DNA of 30,900 nt. It comes from Candidatus Methanomethylophilaceae archaeon (GTDB lineage: Archaea; Thermoplasmatota; Thermoplasmata; Methanomassiliicoccales; Methanomethylophilaceae). Shown here piece after piece: positions 1-7,725 of the stretch; within the stretch, counting starts at the first letter, position 1, and the number at the start of each line of letters is the position of its first letter. A program made the position numbers and the translations under genes. The notes under the pieces were generated by a model. The model was not told where the DNA came from and searched no databases. It was given only the letters and a program-made list of their open reading frames with translations. The stretch is taken from NCBI GenBank assembly GCA_050944155.1, contig JBMNQN010000009.1:1-30900 (forward strand), in the 5' to 3' direction.

Positions 1-56
1 ACAGCCGAAAAGAGCTTAACCGATTACAGTACGATACATATTCCGGGGGAAGGAAA

Positions 57-662
57 ATGGCATTAGGGGACATCATAGCAGGCCGGAGGTCGCGTTACAG
101 ATTGGGACGGGAAATCGGCGTTACCGACGGAGAAATAATCGAAGCAGTGGAGAACGCCGTAAAGAACGTGCCGTCGGCATACAATTCTCAGAGTCAGCGC
201 GCCGCTCTTCTGCTGGGACACGATCACACCGATTTATGGAACATAACCGAGAACGCTCTCAGGAAGAAAATCGGAGACCAGCGCTACAGGGGAGCCACGG
301 AGGAGAAGATAAACGGATTCAGAGAAGCCTACGGAACCGTTCTGTTCTTCGACGATATGGCGAAAACCTGCGAATTCGGAAACAGATATCCGTCCAACGT
401 CGCGAATTTTCCGATATGGGCCTATCAGGCTTCCGGAATGCTTCAGTACGCCGTGTGGCTCTCTTTCGAAGAGATGGGTCTGGGGGCGTCTCTGCAGCAT
501 TATAACCCGCTCATCGACATGGACGTTAAGGAAAGGTGGAGTCTCTCCGAAGACTGGAAACTTTTCGCGCAGATGCCTTTCGGAAGCATCGAATCCGAAG
601 ATCCGGAAAAAGAGTTCGATCCCATAGACGTCCGCATGAAGGTTTTCGACGGAAAAGAATGA
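57..662 (+). CDS. Nitroreductase family protein (Frm2/Hbn1-like)
   Basis: RRSRY FMN-binding start, PSAYNSQSQR and GLGASLQHYNPLID motifs; purine-rich RBS before the ATG. Confidence 0.85.
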   Translation: MALGDIIAGRRSRYRLGREIGVTDGEIIEAVENAVKNVPSAYNSQSQRAALLLGHDHTDLWNITENALRKKIGDQRYRGATEEKINGFREAYGTVLFFDDMAKTCEFGNRYPSNVANFPIWAYQASGMLQYAVWLSFEEMGLGASLQHYNPLIDMDVKERWSLSEDWKLFAQMPFGSIESEDPEKEFDPIDVRMKVFDGKE

Positions 663-699
663 CTCCGGCTCTATAGCCTATAGACAAAATCCATAAACT

Positions 700-1293
700 A
701 TGAAATTGTTTACGGGTAGCGTGCGCGCTGTTTCCGAAACGCTGAGTCCGCCGGAAAACAAACCTTCCGGCGCAGAAGATCCGTCCGATTTCGGCAGACA
801 CAGGTGTGTCTGTCTCATATGCGGGCATTCTTGGATTCCCAGGCGCGGCAAAAAACCTAAAAGCTGCCCCAAGTGCCGCACCAGGAAATGGGACAGTCCC
901 CCCACGGAAAAACACTGCGTCAGATGCGGGCACGTATGGATGAGCACGGTTCCTTCGCCGAAACGGTGCGTAGCCTGCAGTTCTTATCTCTGGAACGAGA
1001 AATTCGACGTCAACAAATGCAAAAAGTGCGGCCACGAGTGGGTTTCCAAACGCAACAAGATGCCCAAAAGATGTCCTTCCTGCCGTTCCACCGTGTGGTT
1101 CATTTCCCGCGGAATATTCGGACGCGAAGACCGCCCGAAAGAGAGCAAGGAGGACAGGGAAGGGAAAATACTGTCCCTCTACAGGGAGGGGAAAAGCTGC
1201 ACGCAGATTTCCATAAGCGAATCGATACCCTATTCCACGGTTTACGACACACTTATGAGGCTTATGGCGGATAAAAAGTCCATAAGAGTATGA
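700..1293 (+). CDS. Triple zinc-ribbon protein with a probable C-terminal helix-turn-helix
   Basis: Three repeats of CxxCGHxW...PKxCxxCx(S/T)xxW; C-terminus ILSLYREGKSCTQISISESIPYSTVY is HTH-like; start codon uncertain. Confidence 0.75.
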   Translation: MKLFTGSVRAVSETLSPPENKPSGAEDPSDFGRHRCVCLICGHSWIPRRGKKPKSCPKCRTRKWDSPPTEKHCVRCGHVWMSTVPSPKRCVACSSYLWNEKFDVNKCKKCGHEWVSKRNKMPKRCPSCRSTVWFISRGIFGREDRPKESKEDREGKILSLYREGKSCTQISISESIPYSTVYDTLMRLMADKKSIRV

Positions 1294-1427
1294 AGAAAGG
1301 TGCGGAACCCTCTTTCTTTATAAAGATTTCCCGAAATATTTTTTTCTGCCGAGCAGAGACGGAAAGGTTTTTACCTTTGCTTTTCCACGTCGGATGCGTG
1401 GTGCTTAAGTGCACCGGGGGATACACT

Positions 1428-3470
1428 ATGAACAGCAAAACTGTACTGGCGTTCCTCGTGGCGCTGGCTATGGTAACCCCCATTGCGGCTTTCGCCGCCC
1501 CGTCTTCGGATGCGGCGGACGAGGATACCGATAAGGGTGTTAATGTCGGCGACGCATGGGGAGCGCAGATAGAAATATCGGAAGAAGCAGAAGCAATCAA
1601 ATTTTTGGAAAAACACGCAGAATCGTTCGGCACCGAAATCGAAGAGCCCGAAAACATGGAGATTGTTGAGAAGCTGATTCAAAGCATCGTTATCAGAGGG
1701 GCCTTCATAGGCGAAGTCGTACGTGCTGACGAAAGCGGACACACCGTCAGAACGGACGGAGGTTTCAGTGTCGAAATCGACGTCGAATACGACGGCAAAG
1801 TCAGCGAGCTTATCGGCAATATGCCTGATGTCGACGTCGACAAGAATCTGTACCTCAGCATAAACGCCGCCGTGGCCGTTGTTTCCGCCGGAGTCATAAA
1901 CTTCGATACCGACTCGAAAATAACGAGCGCGGACATTAGTGCCGATTTCGTTATCGGAATTTCGATAAGCACTAACGTCGACCTGACCAATATCGATTCC
2001 GAAAATCCCTTTTCGTTCTTTAACCTGATAGGTGACGATGTGAAAAACAGCACTGTCACCGCAGGCATGGGTCTTTCGTGGAGTTACACTTCTACTCCGG
2101 AAGCCGGAATTGGAATTACGGCAGAAAAAATCGGAGAGACGGGTATGCAGTACGAACTGACCGTCGGAGGCAAAAGTTCCAGCAACTTTTCGGCTTACAT
2201 CGCCGCGGACGGCTACTTCGTCGAGTCCATGAGCGAAATGTTCAGAGACATAATTTTCCCGGGAGTGGAAATTCCGGAAGACCTATATGACGTCGAGAAC
2301 GGAAAAATACAGTCCGGCTTCAGCTCCGGAGAAACCGTTACTCTGGGAGGAATGTCCTATACCTTGGTTATCGAGAAAGAAGGAGAACCAGACAACGAAG
2401 ATCTGCAGGAATACAGAATCGTGCTGATGTCCGGAGAAAATAAGTTTTTCGAAACCACGGAGAAGATGAAAGTCATTTCTCTTCCCGAAAGTTTCAAACT
2501 CAGCGAAATCGAAGTCGACAGGAACAGCGGCGCCTTCCTCAAGGGGGAACAAAAGAACGCCGTGCGCGCCGTCTCCGGCGAAATTCAGAGAACCTTCGAC
2601 GAGAAGACTTCCGGAATTTCCTTCAACGTTACGTTCTGTGACGAAGACGGTAAGGAAATCGGAAAGGAAACCGTAGGATACGGCGACACCGTTTCGCCTC
2701 TTGCTTACGACGATAAGAAAGATGACGACGGAAACGTAACCGACAAATTCGTCGGATGGAAGACCAAGGACGGTCTTATGTGGAACTTCGGATGGGGCGT
2801 CAAGTCCCAGCTGACTCTCGTTCCCGTATTCGCGAAATCCGTCGATGATGCAGCCGAAGCGGGAACTTACATGATGTCCGGACCCGGAGTGTCCGCGTAT
2901 GTGAAAGTCGACGTTAAAAAGATCGGTGACTTCGATGCATTCGATTACAGCTTCGACGGATTGCTCTTTGTCGACGTATGGGACGGCGACCGGTACATGT
3001 ACAGTTGGACCATCGAGAACAACGGCGGAGCCGTTTCCGCGGGTACGGTAATGAAGCTCAACGCCAAAACCGTGACGGAAAACGGTGATATCGTTGATCT
3101 GATCAAGGTGTCCTACGCGGGCGAGCCCATGCGCATCAGCTTCGACGCATCCGGAGTTATGCCCGGCAAGACTACCGTAAACTACAATGTGGAAGGCAGT
3201 TTCGCAGACGGCACGAAGATTCAGATCATGCATGTCGTCCAGAACGAAGACGGCGAGGCAGTCGGTCTCGAACCCGTCGGAACTTCCGCTGTGTGCAACG
3301 GTTCGGTTTCCTTCGAACTGGCACACTGCTCCGACTACGTGCTTCTCGCGATACCTTCTCCCGCCCAGGACGATTCGGGATCCGTGCTGCTCTATGCCGG
3401 TCTGGCAATCGTTGCGGTTATCGCGATAATAGCGGTGGCCGCCGTCCTGCACCGCAGGCACGCAGCTTAA
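1428..3470 (+). CDS. Membrane-anchored cell-surface/adhesin-like protein with an InlB B-repeat-like segment
   Basis: Start reassigned to ATG 1428 (GGGGG RBS) giving Sec signal MNSKTVLAFLVALAMVTPIAAFA; acidic beta-rich body; FNVTF..DG....TVGYG...FVGW..WNF...LTLVPVF repeat; C-terminal TM helix plus HRRH tail. Confidence 0.8.
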   Translation: MNSKTVLAFLVALAMVTPIAAFAAPSSDAADEDTDKGVNVGDAWGAQIEISEEAEAIKFLEKHAESFGTEIEEPENMEIVEKLIQSIVIRGAFIGEVVRADESGHTVRTDGGFSVEIDVEYDGKVSELIGNMPDVDVDKNLYLSINAAVAVVSAGVINFDTDSKITSADISADFVIGISISTNVDLTNIDSENPFSFFNLIGDDVKNSTVTAGMGLSWSYTSTPEAGIGITAEKIGETGMQYELTVGGKSSSNFSAYIAADGYFVESMSEMFRDIIFPGVEIPEDLYDVENGKIQSGFSSGETVTLGGMSYTLVIEKEGEPDNEDLQEYRIVLMSGENKFFETTEKMKVISLPESFKLSEIEVDRNSGAFLKGEQKNAVRAVSGEIQRTFDEKTSGISFNVTFCDEDGKEIGKETVGYGDTVSPLAYDDKKDDDGNVTDKFVGWKTKDGLMWNFGWGVKSQLTLVPVFAKSVDDAAEAGTYMMSGPGVSAYVKVDVKKIGDFDAFDYSFDGLLFVDVWDGDRYMYSWTIENNGGAVSAGTVMKLNAKTVTENGDIVDLIKVSYAGEPMRISFDASGVMPGKTTVNYNVEGSFADGTKIQIMHVVQNEDGEAVGLEPVGTSAVCNGSVSFELAHCSDYVLLAIPSPAQDDSGSVLLYAGLAIVAVIAIIAVAAVLHRRHAA

Positions 3471-3474
3471 ACCC

Positions 3475-3516
3475 CAAAAAGGCCGGGACCTTCCCGGCCC
3501 AACTAATTTTCTTTTT
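3475..3516. terminator. Hairpin terminator between convergent genes
   Basis: GGCCGGGA-cct-TCCCGGCC stem (3481-3499) flanked by an A-run on the left and T-runs on the right. Confidence 0.65.
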
Positions 3517-3982
3517 CGGAAAGAATTTTGGCACAGCCGATGTAAAGTTCGTACTCTTTGCTGGAGTCTTTGCGCAGCTGTGCGATTTTTCTCTTAAGAT
3601 CTTCCGCCTTGGTTCTGCAGGCTTCCGCTTCCCTCTCGAACCTGATGCGGTCTGATTCGGCTTTCTTTTCCTTTGATCTCATGCTCTTGGACGTCTGGGA
3701 ATGCATAACTATCTGGCGGTCTTCTCCCGTGAGGTCCGCGGCGTCCATGCGGGCCCTGTTCTTTCTCTTCTCTCTCCAGGCTTCCGTCAGCTCTTCCGCT
3801 TTGGCGGCTTCCCTGGAACATTCGTCGCGCATAACGGCCGAATTTTTGGCTTTATACGAAAGATTTCCGGCTTTTTTAAGAAGTCTGGCTCTTTCCGAAG
3901 ACAGTCTTTCCGCTTCTTCGGAAAGTTCCGACGATTTCGTACGGTGCGCTTCGGCTTTTTCTCTGAGATGTTCGGAATCCAC
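3503..3982 (-). CDS. Hypothetical highly charged coiled-coil protein
   Basis: 159-aa ORF rich in E/K/R/A with heptad-like pattern; GTG start; ends at the hairpin with a TAG stop. Confidence 0.65.
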   Translation of the reverse strand: MDSEHLREKAEAHRTKSSELSEEAERLSSERARLLKKAGNLSYKAKNSAVMRDECSREAAKAEELTEAWREKRKNRARMDAADLTGEDRQIVMHSQTSKSMRSKEKKAESDRIRFEREAEACRTKAEDLKRKIAQLRKDSSKEYELYIGCAKILSEKEN

Positions 3983-4056
3983 GGTTTCCCCATGGCTTGG
4001 TCCCTTTTAACGTTCTTCGGAAACCCATTTATCTTACGCAGAAAATACGGAAAGGG

Positions 4057-4329
4057 ATGACGAACGAAAATTACGGAAAATGCAAAACATGCAGATTCTG
4101 TATCCGTTCCGGAGACGTCTGGAAATGCGTATTCACAGGTTCGGACTCCGGACCCGAAGGTTCCTGCGGCAGATTCCGCCCCGGAATATGCGAATCCTGT
4201 TCTTTCTATTCGGTAAAGGACGGCAGGGAGTACTGCGGCGCATTCTCGAAAGAAACGTACGCTTTGGACGTGTGTTCTTTTTACGACCCTTCATCCCGTA
4301 CGGTTCCTGGCTCTGCGGGCTTCCAGTGA
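4057..4329 (+). CDS. Small Cys-rich protein with two tandem 4-Cys modules (putative Fe-S or Zn binding)
   Basis: Start at ATG 4057 after GGAAAGGG; two copies of C-x2-C-x11-C-x12-C-x2-(F/Y). Confidence 0.7.
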   Translation: MTNENYGKCKTCRFCIRSGDVWKCVFTGSDSGPEGSCGRFRPGICESCSFYSVKDGREYCGAFSKETYALDVCSFYDPSSRTVPGSAGFQ

Positions 4330-5223
4330 ATTCCTGATGCCGGGTTTGGCGGGACCAGTTCCCGCAATAACGTTTTTGGCCGATTCGGGTATTCCGTGCA
4401 TCACAATATTGTCGGTAACTCCGACCGCGTATTCCATCTTCTTTCTGACCAAAGAATAGGATTTCTGAAGGTCCGCCATAACCTCTCTTACGAGATTGGT
4501 GATTTCGTAGAGATTGCCGTTCACGAACGCATCCCTGTTTCTGTAGGGTTCGGAACTTCCGCTGTATTCCGAATATCCGGCGAGAAAGGGGTTGTAAGTT
4601 CCGTTTATGTAATCCTCGTCGAGATCGTCCACGGCGTCGATAACGTACACGGCGGCCGTCAGTTCCGTAAAAAGGTCCCTCAGTGAACCGTCTTCCGTTC
4701 CGATGATGTCCATCAGGGGTTCTGCCAGATACTTTCCGAATTCGGCTCCGATGCCCACAGGGTCGGTTCTTCCCTCGGATTCCATCTCCACAAGTCTTCC
4801 GTATCCTTCGCCGACAATCTCGTCGTACTCAGGATACATTCTTTCCGCCTTTTCTATTGCGCGGTTAAGTGCCAGAGAGGCGAATTTATTCTTTTTCGAC
4901 GGCTTGTCCGTGTCGTCGTCGACCAGTTCCCATTTCACCAGAAGAATCGAATATCCGGCCATTTTTTTCAGAACTTCCGAGTCGGAATACGGACCTCTGA
5001 AAACACACAGCGGTCCGTTCGCCGTTGCTCCGAATCCGTTCGGGCTTCCCGAAACCGAGTTTGCGATCAGGGAATTGAAGGTCATGTCGTAGCTTACCGT
5101 AAGGGTGGAAAATAGACCGAAGCCGTCTCTGAGCTGATGGCAGGTTTCGCAGTAATACCTGCGGTAGTCCGCCAGATCCGGCGGAGACATTCTGCTGTAA
5201 AGGGGCAGCGTATATCCGAACAT
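4291..5223 (-). CDS. DUF5685-like protein with two Asp-rich DDxxD motifs
   Basis: MFGY...YRRYYCETCHQL..FG...L..SYDMTF N-terminus and YVIDAVDDLDED...GTYNPF signature; AGGAG RBS. Confidence 0.8.
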   Translation of the reverse strand: MFGYTLPLYSRMSPPDLADYRRYYCETCHQLRDGFGLFSTLTVSYDMTFNSLIANSVSGSPNGFGATANGPLCVFRGPYSDSEVLKKMAGYSILLVKWELVDDDTDKPSKKNKFASLALNRAIEKAERMYPEYDEIVGEGYGRLVEMESEGRTDPVGIGAEFGKYLAEPLMDIIGTEDGSLRDLFTELTAAVYVIDAVDDLDEDYINGTYNPFLAGYSEYSGSSEPYRNRDAFVNGNLYEITNLVREVMADLQKSYSLVRKKMEYAVGVTDNIVMHGIPESAKNVIAGTGPAKPGIRNSLEARRARNRTG

Positions 5224-5248
5224 TCGCTCCTTTGGCCATACCCATCAA

Positions 5249-5260
5249 GACTTATATATC
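5249..5260. promoter_or_regulatory. TATA box in the divergent intergenic region
   Basis: CTTATATATC reads as TATA-like on both strands, about 28 bp from the 5223 start and about 55 bp from the 5315 start. Confidence 0.55.
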
Positions 5261-5285
5261 TGTAAGGGGTTGCCTCAGCAATATC

Positions 5286-5302
5286 CCGATACTCAGTATC
5301 GG
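5286..5302. promoter_or_regulatory. Perfect 17-bp palindrome, putative operator or 5'-UTR hairpin
   Basis: CCGATACT-C-AGTATCGG located between the TATA box and the ATG at 5315. Confidence 0.55.
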
Positions 5303-5314
5303 TTGGTGGGCAAT

Positions 5315-5638
5315 ATGTCAGACACTCCGAAAGAAAGTAAAAAGCAGGCGGAGAAAACCGCAGAGAACGCGGGAAAATCCGGCGACGGTGCCAGAGCGAT
5401 GATGGCGAACAAACTTTACACCCTTCAACTTCCCGATGTTCTTCCCGAGGATTACAACTCTGCCGAAACAATCAGAGACCACCACGGAAACGACAAATGT
5501 TACGACTGCTGCACCGAAAAAGGATGCTGCAGTCCCATGTGCACTCTCGTAATAGTGGGAAGCGCCGCTGCGTGCTGTCTGTGCTGCTGCTACGTTACCA
5601 ACGGATTCGGCGGCGTATGGACGTACTGGCCGAACTGA
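5315..5638 (+). CDS. Cys-rich small protein, candidate RiPP precursor or radical SAM substrate
   Basis: 107 aa from ATG 5315 (GGTGG RBS); charged N-terminal 61 aa without Cys, then CYDCCTEKGCCSPMCTLVIVGSAAACCLCCCYVTNGFGGVWTYWPN (11 Cys); 19 bp upstream of the rSAM gene. Confidence 0.75.
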   Translation: MSDTPKESKKQAEKTAENAGKSGDGARAMMANKLYTLQLPDVLPEDYNSAETIRDHHGNDKCYDCCTEKGCCSPMCTLVIVGSAAACCLCCCYVTNGFGGVWTYWPN

Positions 5639-5657
5639 GTGCGATCTCCGGGGCGTT

Positions 5658-6797
5658 ATGCCTGTGAGAAAGCACATAGCGATAACGATAAAACCTACGC
5701 TGAAGTGCCAGCGTTCCTGCGGCCACTGCTACCACCTCCCCGAGGAGAGAACCGGGGAGACGATTTCTTCCGAGAATCTGGAAAAAGTCATTAAACTCGC
5801 TGCCGAGGAGTACCAGTCCGCCTGGTTCATCTGGCACGGCGGCGAACCGCTTCTGATGCCCCTTTCGTTCTACAGGAATGCTTTCAATCTTCAGGACAAG
5901 TATTTCGGAAAGGATTCCCACAGAATCATAAATACCGTTCAGACCAACGGCATAAACATAAGCCGCAGGCATCTGAGATTCTTCGCTTCGAAAAAGGTCA
6001 ACGTGGGGGTGTCTTACGAAGGCCCCTACAGCAATATTCTCAGAGACATGTCCGGGAAGACCGACGAAGCCGTGGATCTGATGGTGAAAAACGGCTCCAA
6101 ATTTTCCGTCAGCTGTACTATTTCTTCGGAAACCGCAGACAAGCAGTCGGAAATATACCGCTGGTTCAGGGAGAGGAGGATTGCGGTATCCTTCTCTCCG
6201 GTTACGCCCAGGGGATGCGGAGCCCCGTTCGTCCCCGATCCCGACGTCTATGCGGAAAACAGCATAGCGCTTTTTGACGAATGGCTTTACGACAGGGATA
6301 CGGAATCCCCCCTCATGCCCCACTACCTGTACGTTCTGAACGCCTTGGGGAAACCTGTTTTTTCCGACTGTCCCCACACGTCGTGTCTGGGAGGCTGGCT
6401 TTGTGTGTATCCCGACGGCGGGCTTTACCCCTGTGCCAAAGGCTGTCCCGAAAAATACTACATGGGCAACATAGCGGACATCGAAAAATTATCGGATGCG
6501 TTTCTGACCGAAGGGTTCGCGGACATCCTGGAAGACACCGTGGAACGCAGGGACAGGTGTTCGTCGTGCGAAATCTACCGTTACTGTGCCGGAGGGTGCA
6601 GCATGGACGCGGACTGCGAAGGAGACGTCAGAGACAACGGCGGAAACGCATGCAGAATTTACAAAAAGGTGTTTTCCCACATCAAAGAAACCATGGATTC
6701 CATAATGGAAGAAAAACCCGATCTGGCACAGTACAACAGATTCGTCCGCGACGCGGTATTGGGAAAGCTGGTAAATCCGTCGATAGTCAGTCTCTGA
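5658..6797 (+). CDS. Radical SAM/SPASM domain protein (anSME/peptide-maturase-like)
   Basis: CQRSCGHCY (CxxxCxxC), WHGGEP, QTNG, and SPASM motifs C-x4-C, PDGGLYPC, MGNI, CSSC-x5-CAGGC, distal Cys. Confidence 0.93.
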   Translation: MPVRKHIAITIKPTLKCQRSCGHCYHLPEERTGETISSENLEKVIKLAAEEYQSAWFIWHGGEPLLMPLSFYRNAFNLQDKYFGKDSHRIINTVQTNGINISRRHLRFFASKKVNVGVSYEGPYSNILRDMSGKTDEAVDLMVKNGSKFSVSCTISSETADKQSEIYRWFRERRIAVSFSPVTPRGCGAPFVPDPDVYAENSIALFDEWLYDRDTESPLMPHYLYVLNALGKPVFSDCPHTSCLGGWLCVYPDGGLYPCAKGCPEKYYMGNIADIEKLSDAFLTEGFADILEDTVERRDRCSSCEIYRYCAGGCSMDADCEGDVRDNGGNACRIYKKVFSHIKETMDSIMEEKPDLAQYNRFVRDAVLGKLVNPSIVSL

Positions 6798-7724
6798 TTA
6801 TCTGCCGGCGCCTATCTGGGTAATGTCGTAGGGAGTAACCTGATAGACGTAATAGTTGAGCCAGTTCATCATGAAAAGCGTGGCGTGGGCTCTCCAGTTC
6901 ACGACGGGATCGTTTCTCGGGTCGTCGTCCGGGAAATAGTTGAACGGAATTTCCGGGTCCATGCCTCTGGACAAATCCCTTTCGTATTCGTAGCTCAGAG
7001 TTTTCCTGTCATACTCCATGTGTCCCGTGACGAAAACCTGTCCGGCGGTTTCGGAAAGCACGACGGTTACTCCCGCTTCGGGAGATTCGGCCACTATGTG
7101 TAGGTGGGGATTTCTGTTGATGTCTTCGGAACGCACTTCGGTGAAACGGGACTGGGGCATGTAATAAACGTCGTCGAATCCCCTCAGAAGGGGTTCGTTC
7201 TCGTTCACCACCCTTACGGGATAGATTCCGGATATTTTGCAGCTTCTGGGATATTTCGGTATTCCGTAGAGATGGTACAGTCCGGCCTGGGCGCCCCAGC
7301 AAATGAACATGGTGGAGTTTACGTGCGTGACAGTCCAATCCATTATCTCACACAGTTCGTCCCAGTAATCCACCTCTTCGAAAGCAAGATTCTCCACCGG
7401 TGCGCCGGTGATTATCATTCCGTCGAAAGTTTTGTCTTTGATGTCGTCGAACCTGATATAGAAACGGTCCAGGTATTCCTGCGAGGTGTTCTTCGATTCG
7501 TGGGTGGCCGCCTGCAGGAGGCTTACGTTGACCTGAAGGGGGCTGTTGCTCAGAAGGCGCAGAATCTGCGTTTCGGTTTCCACTTTCGTGGGCATCAGAT
7601 TCATTATGAGAATTTCCAGGGGTCTGATGTCCTGGGAAACTGCCCTGCCCTCTTTCATTATGAAAACGTTCTCCGATTCCAGTGTGGAAGCGGCGGGCAG
7701 GTCGTCGGGGATTTTGATGGGCAT
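6798..7724 (-). CDS. metA: Homoserine O-acyltransferase MetA family, acetyl-CoA-type signature
   Basis: [29 protein letters not shown] (Glu at the acyl-specificity position), ICWGAQ nucleophile, GHMEY. Confidence 0.93.
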   Translation of the reverse strand: MPIKIPDDLPAASTLESENVFIMKEGRAVSQDIRPLEILIMNLMPTKVETETQILRLLSNSPLQVNVSLLQAATHESKNTSQEYLDRFYIRFDDIKDKTFDGMIITGAPVENLAFEEVDYWDELCEIMDWTVTHVNSTMFICWGAQAGLYHLYGIPKYPRSCKISGIYPVRVVNENEPLLRGFDDVYYMPQSRFTEVRSEDINRNPHLHIVAESPEAGVTVVLSETAGQVFVTGHMEYDRKTLSYEYERDLSRGMDPEIPFNYFPDDDPRNDPVVNWRAHATLFMMNWLNYYVYQVTPYDITQIGAGR

Positions 7725-7725
7725 C

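Noticed and set aside
1290-1427. 46-codon N-terminal extension of the surface protein
   Set aside because: Region looks like terminator/promoter DNA; signal peptide and RBS fit ATG 1428
5658-6797. Plain anaerobic sulfatase maturase annotation
   Set aside because: Not excluded, but no sulfatase is adjacent and a Cys-rich peptide is tightly linked, so a specific anSME name was not assigned
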